52,142 nucleotides of DNA from Chara braunii (GCA_003427395.1 BFEA01000001.1:6902890-6955031); one strand, 5' to 3'; shown: positions 12,791 to 25,320, numbered from the stretch's first letter. Notes: generated from the letters alone by a model not told the origin. Numbers and translations are program-made.

Positions 12791-15160
12791 ATCCAGGCAT
12801 CGGAGCTACCGGACCCTACATCACGCAGGCAAACTTGTGGATTGAAATCGAGCCAACCCAAAACAGTTCGGAGGCTCGGAGCTACAGGACCAAAATGCCT
12901 GGTGGTACCAGCCAAAAGAAAATGAAAAAGTGTTGTGCTGGCGTTTCGGCAAAGCATGTAACCAAGAGCAGAACTGCAGCTTTCCTTCTAGAATCTAACT
13001 TAAAACTACACCCGAGTCCCGTCCCCGCGCCTCCAAGAACGTTTCTTCGCTTCTTCGCTTTGCTCCCCGTTCTCTGCGTAGACCTTCTTCGCCAATAGGA
13101 AATCCAAGGAGATGGCCATGTGTATTTTGCTCAAAGACTTAATTTGAAACAGACTGCTATGACGAACGCTTGGCGCTTGAAAAAAATATGAGTTCTGCTG
13201 GTGAATAATGCCCGTACTTGGGCTGTCGGATCGTGGTAGGTGAGAACCCGGCGCAGGTGTACTCCGTACTGTCAAGCGATGCGTGCGGATCGGGATTGTT
13301 TAATCAAAGGCGACGGGTTTGTTTTTTGAACTTTTTCAAAATTTGCAGGATTGCAATTCCTACTGCAGTAACATGAAGTCTGCAGTGATTTCCTCCTTTC
13401 TTCATCGGACGCATCCTATGGGCACTCTACCTGCGGCACAGGCTTCTTTTATATTCACCCTTAAGATTGAATCGAGGTTTCGGGGGGTTGCCGACCAGGT
13501 TTTTTTAATAAGGCCCTGAAGAATTTTAATAACAAGGTTGGTAGGTGCCTGGTCCAGTTCCGTCGACTATATCAGTGGGTGGAACCTTTTTGGGCCCGGT
13601 AATAATAGGTAGTTTCTTTTTCCGTTTGTTGGGTCTCGAACTCTCGGTACATTCTCGTAGGGTTTTAGGCTTTTTTTTTTGTCTCACTCATTTCTTTAGC
13701 CCGTTTTAGCAGAGCTACTTTCTGCTGTCGATTCTTTCAGTGAGACCATATGCTGGCGGACCGGTCGAAACATGTGTGGGCGAATTTGCCAGTTGAGGAG
13801 CTTCACGGTTATGGCGCTTCACAACCATCTTTCTGTTTCAGCTTTCGTTCAATATCTTATGAGCTGATTGCACTCGGGGTTTATGACTACTATTCTTTTG
13901 TGTATGTCTCTTCGTCTTCTCTCTTGCTTCCTCTTTCTCTCTTATCGTATGTATGACACTCGTGACCAGTTACGAGGAGTCGTCTCTCCATTTTTGTGCA
14001 GCATTATAGTTTAACCACGGTAGAGAGTAATCTTGATGCAACTGGCGAGCCAAGTGTATGACAGTCAAAGTCGGATGAGTAGAACCGTGAGGAGGCCAAT
14101 TACAAGGGTTGATAGCAGTAATCTCTTGCGTGACTGACGCCCTCATCTTCGAGTTCATCATTAGACTTTTGATTGGCGATGATGTTCCTTGCTCCCCTTC
14201 AGCACACATTCAAACTAGCTGCCTGGCCCCCAACGCAGGAGCCGCACACCAGCTACACTCGCTCCAATGGTTCACCAACAGGAGTTGGTCCCTCCCTCCC
14301 CCCCGACACTCAGAAGAGACTCCTCAACAGCCAACCAGGATAAAAGAGACCTACACACAGATCCCCTCTGAACATCCCTCCCCTAGATGTGGAGACAAGC
14401 AGGACCCTCACCAAAAAAAAACACCCCTGCGGTGGCACGAGATACTGAGACAGTCTCTCTTCGGCACATTGGCAATGCCGAAACATGTTTCATCTCCGCA
14501 CCCCGTCTCCATGGCTAACATGGGTAAAAAAGGGGATATACACCATTGGGGACTTGTGGGACGCCAGAACAGAGAATTGGAAGTTGCTCCAAGACTTGAA
14601 ATCCCGCCTCGAACATGTCAATGATCTGGACCAGAAAAGAAACCAACTTATCAAAATGATCCATTTGGTATGGCCGATTCAGCTGAAGAGAGGTCCCAAA
14701 CCCAGACCCACAGCGGTTTACCAGATACAAACACCTCACAGACCCGATAGCCTCACTTGCTGCGTACATCCTGGCTATGCGGGGAGCGAGGTATACCCCC
14801 CTTCACCGGCTAGAAGGGGGGGACAGAGTACTGCCAGCCAGCCGGCTGTTCAGAGTTAGGATGCTTGAATCCCCGACCCAGGACCGATGGGTTTTTGAAG
14901 CGGTCTCCCCCATTAGTGTGTTATCCTTTGACCCTATGGGAATGGAACAGGGAGGGGTTGGGAATGGGACAGGGAGGGGTTCCACTCGATGCAACTTTGG
15001 GGATACACAGTCAAACTTGAAATTATACCTTTCCCGACCGTCGAAGAACATCGTCGGAGCTACGACTGCGCTTTAAACCGGGTCAGTGTTAGTCCGGTAC
15101 CAAACTGGCGCGCTACCACTCACACACGAGTCTCCTTCTGCCTAACCCCAACAAGAGCAA

Positions 15161-15208
15161 TGAGTGTTTCNCCGGAATTTCACCGGCTCATCAGAGGCNT
15201 GACACTCG
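15161..15208 (-). ncRNA. Type III hammerhead ribozyme (copy 1)
   Basis: Minus strand: GAGUG-UC/ANGCCU-CUGAUGA-GCCGG-ugaaauu-CCGGN-GAAA-CACUC. Predicted cleavage between 15201 and 15200. Two bases are N. Confidence 0.85.
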
Positions 15209-15478
15209 CGGGTAATCTCCTTACACCGCAAATCCTCCGCAAGTCGTGTCAACACTCGCGACGCAAATGCGACGCGGCGCCATCCACTACCACACAACTT
15301 CGCGGCGCAAAGTCCAGCAGCAGTACGGAGGAACTTGAAATTATACCTTTCCCGACCGTCGAATAACATCGTCGGAGCTACGATTGCGCTTTAAACCGGG
15401 TCAGTGTTAGTCCGGTACCAAACTGGCGCGCCACCACTCACACGTAAGTCTCCTTCTGCCTAACCCCAACAAGAGCAA

Positions 15479-15526
15479 TGAGTGTTTCGTCGGAATTTCA
15501 CCGGCTCATCAGAGGCCTGACACTCA
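15479..15526 (-). ncRNA. Type III hammerhead ribozyme (copy 2)
   Basis: Minus strand: UGAGUG-UC/AGGCCU-CUGAUGA-GCCGG-ugaaauu-CCGAC-GAAA-CACUCA. Stem III is 7 bp with a GUC triplet. Predicted cleavage between 15519 and 15518. Confidence 0.88.
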
Positions 15527-18500
15527 CGGGTAATCTAGGAGGTTATAGAGAAGCCCGACCAACAGCACGGACCACTCAAACTATTGTTGCACGTCGGGCT
15601 AGGGATTCGATCTTGAAGGCGAAGGACCTACAGGGTCTTGATTGGGCTGCCTATGCGAAAATTATGCTCACAGCCCACTACGCCCTCCAGTGGCAGATCG
15701 TACAGCGCTGCTTGCCGACCCCGGACTTGCTCATCTCCAAATCAGACCTAGAATAGAAAAGTTATTTCTCCACTATCTGCACTTACTGTGGCTGAGCCTT
15801 ACAACCAGCACGAACAACGTTGGAACATTGTCTGCTATCTTGCCCGATAGTTGTTGAACTCTAGAAATGACGGAATGCGGTGTGACATCACCTCACAGGG
15901 CAGCACATTGTCGCACTTTTTCCAATCAAGCCACTTCTGGCGACCGGAAAGACAACAGGTTGTCAAATATTATTTTGCTTAATTTTGCAATAAATAAATA
16001 ATAAATCATGCAAATCCCTTTCTGTTGCGTGCGCCCGGCTTAAAGCAAGACCCTTCCGGCCTACGTTGGTCCCCGATCTTAGAAATCTTTGATTACGATT
16101 GGGAACAACAAATGCAGTTATGCAAACAATAAATTAAAATAAAATGTAAAACACATTATGATTGTTAAATTTAAGGAGTTCAGAAAAAAGAGCATAACAT
16201 CAAGCAATGTCAATAAAATAAGATTATAATGGCTTCTAGGTTACTTGCTCGACCGGACAAAAAAAATAAAATAATAATAATAATAATATATATATATATA
16301 TATATATATTAATTTGGTAAAGAGTTTCAATGTGACCTTGAGGCAATCGTTGTTCAGTCTATTTTTCTGCATAACATAGTTGTTTTTTGGATTTTTTGGA
16401 TTTTTTTTATTTTTTTCGGTTGGGATTTTTCCTAGTCCTTGCAACGCCGGGCTGTCCGGGAAATAGGGTAACGTGAGCGGACCAGCTGGTAGCCTAGACT
16501 GACTGATGATAAAGACGAGATAAATGAGGGAAGGTGATAACTTATAATAATCTCAGAAAGGACAGATGAAAAGACATGGCCAGCACTCGTCAAGAGACCT
16601 CACTCATCCCTTTCAGATCTCGTCCTCGATATCTCTTTTGATTGTGCGTCCTGAACGCCTCAAGCCACGTCTATGAACCTTTTCGAGATTGTAGTTTAGC
16701 GATATTAAAGTTACCTAAAGCCCATGAGTTTCGAGTAGGACCATCCAAGGCCAAAGATTCAGAAATCGAGCATAGCATAAAACTCATCTCATAAAGTAGG
16801 AAGATATGACCCAGAAAAAATCCCTCGTCGGAGATTGATGAACCCAGAGGGTTCGGTCACTACCTTATAATCAATCCCTGATGGAGAGACATACCTCTTG
16901 GCCAGGTCAACCAAATCCCCCGAATATGAGTCATCGGTGAGATAGAAAGGGACCAGAGGCCTATAATAATCATTGCACAGTTTGGAACCAAAGCAGTGAA
17001 TCATCTTCGTATCTCATGAAACTTTTTCCCCTTCCTCATATAGATTTTTTGGTCCTGAATAGTTCCCTCGGCAAACTATGTGAGAACCACATAAATCGAG
17101 AAATCTCCTTTATTGAATCTAATAACACAAACATATTAATAACGAAAAGCATCATTGCAAACTATCTTGTTCATATTGGTGAAGACTGATTGATCGACAA
17201 GAAATGAAGTAATAGTACTTATGAGTTGAGATGACTACCAGAACTAACTGAACTGATGGAGAACTGAAAAGTGATCAATGAGATGTCAATAATGATTTCC
17301 GAGGCGTGTATGTCTTGACGAAAATACAAATCAACTAATATTGATTTGAGAAGTGACATAAAACCACCGAATGATGATGGACCCTGACGATGGATCATTG
17401 ATGATACCTTAACTAACCACTGATTCATGATAACGGTCAACTGAATGGGAAGGAAATTTTTGATTTACTTGATGATATTTGCTGATTAATACACTAATAA
17501 GATCATTAAGAGAAATAATCAGAGTGCTTTCACATTCACTCGAGCTTCACATTAGCCTGCTCAATGGTCTCTAGAGATGAGTCAGTGTTGTGCAACTTAT
17601 CATTGCGATCATGAAAATAAAAAACATATTCAATATATTTTTCCCCTAAATTATGCGGACAGCGCGCTCTCTTAGGGTTAATTTATGAAACATCATGTCA
17701 TGATCGTCTTCCATCTCTCATCCATCATATTTGTGTTTGTTAATTTTATATCTTATCACTAGAATCTCTTCATCCCTCGTGATCTTTTCTTTATTCCAAG
17801 ATTTTCATTCCCACAAGAGTCGGAAAGAAAAAAGGATGACCAATAATCTGATAAATTTTGTAATTATCCTTGAGTTATTCGCCCAGTGAAGAAGGGTTGA
17901 TTTGAGTCGAAGCAAAGCTTGCTGAAAAAATCATTTTTTGTTAAAAAAATATGCGAACTTTTGCGATTCAATTTTCTCAGCAAAGTGTTTGAACACTTTT
18001 ACACTCTGTCTGGAGCCTTGTGGATTAAATGGGTATGTATTATCAATGTTCATACACACCAGTGTTGCTCCCTGCCAAGTTGCGAATAATCAAATATGAG
18101 TAAATCGTTGCGCGGAAATTATGAGAAACTCGTTATAAGACACTTGTTGCTAGCAGACTTTTGCAGGAGGTTCGTTATAACAACTCTTGACCGAAAATTC
18201 ACTCTCATGATAGTCCATTGCAGAATGTTGGCCTTAATTTATTGTATAATTGCTTCATTCCGCTCTGCCCAAAGATAAATAGCTTGCTTGTAGGATAGAA
18301 TCCGGGTGCTACCTATGGTAACCTCGTTTTCGCTTTTTGCACTGAGACCAATAGATAACAAGTTTCTCTCACGTCTAGCTTACCATTGAGTGCTCGTTTT
18401 AACGACAAGCAAAATATGATGTTATGGGTTACTGTTTTCAATCTTACACAGCATTAAGTACAATTGAACATTGAGCTTGCTAGTACAATGTACAGTGCAG

Positions 18501-19740
18501 TCTGCCGCTGATCGCAGTTCCTGTTCATATAATGAGCAGGGTACTGTTAAAAGCACCTTTGCTCGGATCATGCACTGAGTTAGGCTAGCGTCTGGCCCCG
18601 TCTAAGTAACACATAAGGCGTCTGAGATAATAATTTCTTACCAAGTAAATCACAGGGTGATATTGACAGTATTCTTATACCAATTACTACTTAAGGTAGT
18701 GCTTGAGGTATTTTCACTTAAAATACTGCACCACAAAGTGTTTGTAGCTATTTTCGTTCGAATACTATAGAGGATAGTATCTGCGGTAATATGAACTGCA
18801 ATCTCTAACTGAAGGGAAAGCCACTGAGCACAGTAAGGGAAAAACTGGGAACCAAAATCTTGTTTCAATAACTAACCCATCTAACAAGGAAGACTTATTG
18901 TAAGAAAATTATGTATTGGTTCAATGGATATTGTAGATATGACTATGGGCTAGTCTTGAATAACTTACCTAAGACTTTGGGGTCACAAGAGTGTATTCAG
19001 TCCCTCGGCAAAGACTCTTCCTACAGACTGGTTTGACATTTTAGCTTAGGGATCATCCAAGAGTCACCTCAAAATATAGCTCAAGTCTACTAAGTAAAAC
19101 TTATCAACTTCAAGAATAGGCAGAAAAACGAAATCATAAAATAACTGTTTTAAAAAAAGTATGTTTGGGAAAGAGGCCGCATATATTTATGTAAACTCTT
19201 TCACTCCACTCTTATTCTCCATAGATTATAGTAAAGGAATGATAGAGTAATAATTAATCCTTATCCAAAATAAGCTTTACGAGCAAGTAGGCGACTCTCC
19301 TTCAAATTCGTTATTTATTTTCGATATACCAATATACCTTTGTTTTTGGCTCTAAGTTCTACTCTCCCCCTAACCAAAACGAAACTATCAATGCTCGATT
19401 AATGGTCGGACTTCTAGTAGTAAACGCATGAAGGTCAACGATTATCTTTTAACCTGGCAAATTTGATCATCAACGTCCCCTTAAGTGGTTAGGTTCAATA
19501 ATAACTATTTGAAAGAAACAAATAATATTATCTAGCATTACTTCCCACAAGAGCAAAACCAAAGAGATTCAAAGAGGTATTAATAACGAGGTGAAACAAA
19601 TAAATGGCCGAGGGTGATCGCATGGGTCATAAGTAGGGGGATGAATTCCCTATCTGATTAACTCATTCTCAAGCTTCTCAACGAAACTGTCGTACCCTCT
19701 CAGCCAAATTTTAAAATTTTTACCACGCATCCGAACAAGC

Positions 19741-21712
19741 TTAATGAAGGAAAGTCAAATAATTTCATATGATAATCATTGATCGATACATCACACGATG
19801 AACGTACTCCCTGCTAACTCGCACTTGAGTCCTTTATTTAATATCCGAACCATCATTTCAAAGACCTCCTTTATCAAAATTCAGAACTAGTATCAGATGT
19901 CATTATAGCCAATACTTTTATTAGCTCATACGAACTCACACTTAGCTTACTGTTAACTTGACTGCAACTGTTTCTCGAAAATGACCGTTTATCCGTATGG
20001 AAACAAAAGTTTATCAAACACTCACGCATACGTTTGGCATCAGTGACATTTTCAGTTACTTCATAACGTGTGGAGGTTGATCACAATGAGATGGCTCAAA
20101 TCGGGTAAACGAACAAGTTAGAATGGAATGACGATAGCAGCAACATCAGTGAGTTCACGCGGGCGTCGTCAATGGAGTCCAACGACACCCACTAAACCTC
20201 CTTTTCTCTTACATGCTTAATAAGCATCCACTTTCGTTTTACTCCTTTAACTTGTTACCAATTAAGAATATTTTCACTTCGACTGGATGAAGTTCAAGCG
20301 GTATCAACAAGAGTGTTCGCTCGAGTAATCTAATGACACTAACAATTTGCTTCTTATGCGCGTTTGACCAAGGGGTTTAATCTGTGCTTCAAACATATAA
20401 CCTATCAACAAACTCTACAAGTCCGAGGGGTAACTTCCACATAGGATCATACAAAGGCAAGGATGACGTCAACAATTAATGAAGGAAAGTCAAATAATTT
20501 CATATGATAATCATTGATCGATCACACTATGGATGTAATCCCCATTATCTCGCGCTTGAGTTCTTTAGTTAATATTGGAACCATCGCCTCAAGGACCTCC
20601 GTGAAAATTCAGCACTACCTTCTTAACCTGAAAAAAACGTACGTACGTTCTATTCCAATTACCTCTGGAAATCGGTTTTCTAGAAATTGCTTGTTTTTCC
20701 CCGAATATAACGTACGTTTGAATATTACGTACGTACGTTGTATTGGAATACAATGTACGTATGTTGTATTCAAATTTTTAAAACTTTGATTTAAAAAAAA
20801 AAAACAATCCGAAAAAAATAAATTGTTATACAAGAGTGCAATACAAACAACATTTGCCTTAGGGTCTTATCAAAATTCACAAGAAAATTTGAGAGAAAAA
20901 AAAAACGAGGATGAAAATGTTTTTTATTGATTTTTTCATAATTTCGATTTAAGAAACAAAATAGTAAAAAATCGAAAAAAAAAGTATGTTGTATAACATT
21001 GCAATGCAAACAACTTTTGTATAAGGGTCTTCGCGAAATTCCCAACCAAATCTGAGATTAAAAAAAAAAAAAGTGGCGGTACTGTAAACTTCTGAAAAGT
21101 TGTACCCTAAAACTCGTTCTATAACGTACGTACGTTGTATTGTATTCGAATAGAATGTACCCCGTACATTGTATTCGTATACAAGGTACGTGCGTTTTTT
21201 TCGGGTTAAGAAGGTAGTATAGGATGTCATTATAGCCAATAGTTGATCAAGCACTCACGCATACGCTCTGCCTAAGTGAGATTTTCATTTACTTCGTAAT
21301 GCGTAGAGGCTAATCACAATGGGACGGCTCAAATTGGGTAAACGAACAAGTTAAAATGAAATGATGGTAGCAACATTATCAGTGAGTTCACCCTCGCGTC
21401 TTCAATGGAGTTCAATGACACCCATTGGACCTCCTTTTCTCTTACATCTCGAATAAACATCCAATTTCGTTTTACTCCTTCAACTTGTTACCAATTCAGA
21501 ATCTTTTCAACTCGACTGGTTAAATTTCGATCGGTATCAGCAAAAGTGTTCGTTCGAGGAATCTCATGACACGAACAACTTGCTTCTTGTGCGCCCTTAA
21601 CCAGCGGACCTAATCTGTACTTCAAACATATAGTTTGTCAACAAACTCTGCAAGTCTGAGGGGAAACTTTCATAGACGATCACACAGAGGCAAGGATGAC
21701 GTCAACAATTAA
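19741..21712. repeat. Diverged tandem duplication (~735-bp unit) of the RT/RNaseH segment
   Basis: ttaatgaaggaaagtcaaataatttcatatg occurs at 19741 and 20476. caaggatgacgtcaacaattaa ends at 20479 and at 21712. Confidence 0.85.
20618..21214. mobile_element. MITE with ~30-bp TIRs and TA target duplication (Tc1/mariner-type)
   Basis: TA-ccttcttaacctgaaaaaaacgtacgtac ... gtacgtgcgtttttttcgggttaagaagg-TA. The empty site (aacTAgtat) is visible in the other duplicate at about 19887. Confidence 0.88.
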
Positions 21713-22369
21713 CTGCACTTTAATTCTCTCAAGGATCGGACCACCCATGCATAGCTCACGTCAATACTCAAATTTTACGTCTGATCTCACAGGTACATGT
21801 AACCGCATCGGGTTTGACCTTTCTCGCGATGATGGAATAAATCTCTCTGCTATGGAACATACGCTTAGTCGGTAGCATTACGCCCTGCACGTTATCTCAC
21901 GAGATATCATACTTAGTGAGCTCTCGTACTTTCTTAGTATCCTGCCCATTCGAGGACGAGATTTGCCTAGATCAATGGCATTGACTCGGTACAGACCACT
22001 GCGCAATTGCTACCCAGTAAACGACGAATGTGCAGTTTGGTTAACCCACTCTCAACTAATTCTCCCCAAAAGAAGCGTACGAGATAAAACAATGTCGTTA
22101 TCATCTTTTGCCTGTTCCCGCACAAAGCTTGCACATGCGTCTAGCCCCTGATGATCGTGCCTATCTTCTATACCTTCGGACCTTCTCTCGTTTACTCACC
22201 ATCTGACTGCTCATGACACTCACTCGCTGTCTGCAAGCGCCTCACAACACTAAACACTTAACACACCACCAACTCTTTTGGATGGTAACACACCACTAAC
22301 TCTCTCGGATGATAACTGGCAGTTTTGAAGAACTTGATACGGAAATCAACACGCAATTCAGCACACGCG

Positions 22370-22657
22370 GGAGAAACTAATGTGAAGTTGAGTATCTGGC
22401 GTTGAACGCAGGGTGAAGAGGTTCCCCCTTTCTACTAAAATCCTGCTCAGTTAATCCTTTGGTTCCCAGGGCAATCAATGCTGGCAGGAGCACACAACAT
22501 TTTTTAATCTGTATAAGGGACGTTGGACCCGCTTTCTAGCAGGTGACGCTCCCCACCAATAGATGGAGCCTCTCCCCAGGTGCTAGTGGTGTCTGCTCTT
22601 ATCAGCACCACTAGCACTGGTGGGGGTGTTATAAAAAAAATAAAAATAAATAAAAAA
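22370..22657 (+). mobile_element. SINE-like/5'-truncated non-LTR retroposon with A-rich tail and 12-bp TSD
   Basis: TSD tcagcacacgcg at 22358-22369 and 22658-22669. A-rich tail. Internal hairpin gtgctagtggtg...caccactagcac. Confidence 0.88.
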
Positions 22658-25243
22658 TCAGCACACGCGACCTCCACCTATAGCTTCGGTGCCACAATCT
22701 CGTTGTCAGTTGCAGTCGTACTGGTACTAACCTCCCAATGGACGTAAGGGATAAACGGCAATGGACCGCGAACAAACATTAATGGAGAATGGATTTCTCT
22801 CTTATGCGAGTGTCACCAGCACTCGACCTTGTACTAAATAAAAAATTGTATCCCTCTCCGCGCATTGAAACTAAACTACTCCACACGAGGGATGGAGGGC
22901 GGTATGGATCGCGCATAATGGCAAGTGATCCAACTGGACGAGGAAGTAGTTGACATCAATAGTGAGTCGGCGCACTGATACAGAAAACGCACGCAAGTCT
23001 GATTTCTCTCTCTCACACGTACCTGTCATGACTTGCTGTACCAAAACATCTTTTGACGGTCATGTCACTGTCTCGCTCTTTACTTGTGACTCCCTCACGA
23101 CCTTAGGTCTATGAATTCCACCTCGGGGCCGTCTTCCACATATGATATTGGTGCGTGGTCCCACAGCCACTGGTCTAGTCCATTCCAAAACTGGGTCTCC
23201 ACGTCACTGGCCTCAGACTCTGCCTTGGAGGCCCTGTCCAGTTGTTGTTGCTCACGTTCAGTCGTCCCCGTATAAGTTCTTGTTTCGTGGTATTCGATGG
23301 TTACCTCAAGTTGAGAGGTAACACGGTCCTGCCAAAACTTTTTTTCTGCTCTGTTCCTCGCCTCTCTGATAGCAGCCTGCAACTTCTGATATTTTCTTAT
23401 CTCTTATTCTCTACCTTGTTTAACGTTAATTTTTAGTTTCGCTTCATCACCATCGAAATTTAGGATCGTCGTGATCCAAGGCCTTTCTCCCGACACTAAA
23501 GCCCAAAGTACCAAGACCCTTCAGGCCTCTGGCCTATAGTTCTCTAACCCCTTTCGGCACGACATAGCCACTCTTCCGCAATAGTCAAGGTCAAATGTCA
23601 CTAGCGACTCGTTGTTCTCCCACTCACACGGCGCACATAAGACATTGGACAACTAAACTCAGATAGTTGAGGCACGAGAGCCTCGCACCTCCACACTGTT
23701 GTCTAGATTTACGGAACAGTGTGGTGGCAACACAAGCCCACTCGCACACCCATCGACCGATATGTCAGTGTATTAGCGACCACCTTCTTATAAAACTTGG
23801 AGGTGTCACTGCGCCCAGTATCTAATTGAGAGACTTTGTTGTTTTCAAATCAATAAGGTAAGAATGATAAGAAAATTCAAATTAAAATCTAAGAGTATAA
23901 TAAAACAAATTATCCACCAATAGTCAGTTAAGTAATGCGATTGAAAATAAAATTTCAACGGTCACTTGATAGGTGTGCTCCTATGCTCTGCGTCTACTGT
24001 CTTTCAACCTAACTTGACAAGATATCAGCGTCAGCACGTAATCCGGTCCCATAACAGGGCATCAACTAGTGAACCCCCTTCCTTAAAAAGAACTATCAGA
24101 CTATTACTAGTAGGGATCTGTGTTTGATGGTAAGGAGGGGCTTATGACCTTCCATGGAGGGTGATAAGCCTCCTTTCCCCTCCTCTTTTTTCTTTTTATT
24201 TTATTTATTTATTTGATTTATTTTATTACTTTTTTAAAAAATCCCATTTTTTTGCTAGTCCTGCTTTCGGTTCCGAGACCGGCGATAGCACCAATTGGCC
24301 TAGCCGAGTTGATACACCCTGAATTGTTGAAATACAGATCTGAGTCTGAAGTTCGTTGAGAGTAGATGAGTACAACACTATGGTTCTGAGTCTCCTAGAC
24401 CCGACCTGGTCTGCAGTCCCACATATGGAACCCATAACTATTCAACTTGAACGGGACATTCACTTACGTTGAAATAAGGCAAAAAAAAATAGTGTGGCCT
24501 TGCGCCTGTTAGGATACCGGTCGGAGAGTAGGTAATAGCATCCTTCCTCCCCTCTACTTAAGTCGGCCCGATCAGACCACCCAGGTTTTCGTTCTCATTC
24601 ACTTTCGAATACGACTGGGAGGTCGAGCTAGTGACCGTACAAATGGAGGAGTCAAGCGTTAAGCTTCAGTGCTATTCGAAACGACTAAGGAGGATGGAGT
24701 GGACGTGAGGTTGTGGAAGACAGAGGAAGAGGAAGAAGGAGAGGAAAGGTGGGAGTGAAGCTGGCACGTACCTAGCGCATCATTAAGGATGCATTTTCCC
24801 ATAAGTTGGCGGGAGGTTCGTTGGCAACTAAGCGGGATAACAGGTAACCGTGCGAGAGCACGTAGGTAAGAGGGAGAGATGGAAAGAGACCCACTTGTTG
24901 GTAGCAAGTCGAGCAGTGCTCGACGTTGTTATATTGTTGGTGGTGGTCGCATTGCGGTTTGTATCCGTCGTCTCAATCCTGACTTACTCATCAGGGTCCT
25001 TATCGTGGTTTTGTTCATCATAGTTATCGTAATCCTACGTTGCTCATCGTAGTAATCGGGCCCATCGAGGTGGTGCATCCGTTCATGGTCTCGTGGAAGA
25101 TTCGCTCTCAAACTCAGGTACGTGGGTGATCTCATATGGCATGCGTCGGGCTGTGATCTAGCCAGAGGTGCGTTCTCACCTTGCACAAGCAGAGCGAGGG
25201 ACGTTATTACATACGATCATGGGTTGGGCTACATCATGATGTG

Positions 25244-25247
<4 letters not shown>

Positions 25248-25304
<57 letters not shown>

Positions 25305-25320
25305 AAAAAAAAAAAAAAAA
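25248..25320. repeat. (GA)n followed by poly(A)
   Basis: Direct observation. Confidence 0.95.

Larger units (their letters stand above)
15014..15536 (-). mobile_element. Retrozyme-like element: 205-bp direct repeats (15014-15218, 15332-15536), 318-nt period, each with a hammerhead ribozyme
   Basis: Near-identical direct repeats separated by a 113-bp spacer. Each repeat has a complete hammerhead core on the minus strand. Confidence 0.85.
14200..15900 (+). mobile_element. Degenerate L1/Tx1-like LINE, ORF2 C-terminal region (interrupted by the ribozyme element)
   Basis: Translates as ILRQSLFG..., WLTWVKKGIYTIGDLWD..., WQIVQRCLPT..., then CTYCG...TLEHCLLSCP (about 15778-15845). This is the zf-RVT-type zinc knuckle of LINE ORF2. 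Stops and frameshifts are present. Confidence 0.75.
16500..23450 (-). mobile_element. Highly decayed Ty3/Gypsy LTR retrotransposon internal region (RT-RNaseH-integrase order on minus strand)
   Basis: Eroded motifs on minus: LGELVESG... (about 22070, RT start); VQLIVDVILA (about 21700, YxDD position); LAGSTFIV.IDQ (about 19800, RNase H TDH-like); integrase-like remnants at about 18400-18800. Many stops. Boundaries and LTRs are not resolved. Confidence 0.6.

Noticed and set aside
14989-15366. ORF LEIIPFPTVEEHRRSYDC... as LINE protein
   Set aside because: It is read-through into the antisense of the non-coding ribozyme repeat. The LINE frame resumes after 15536.
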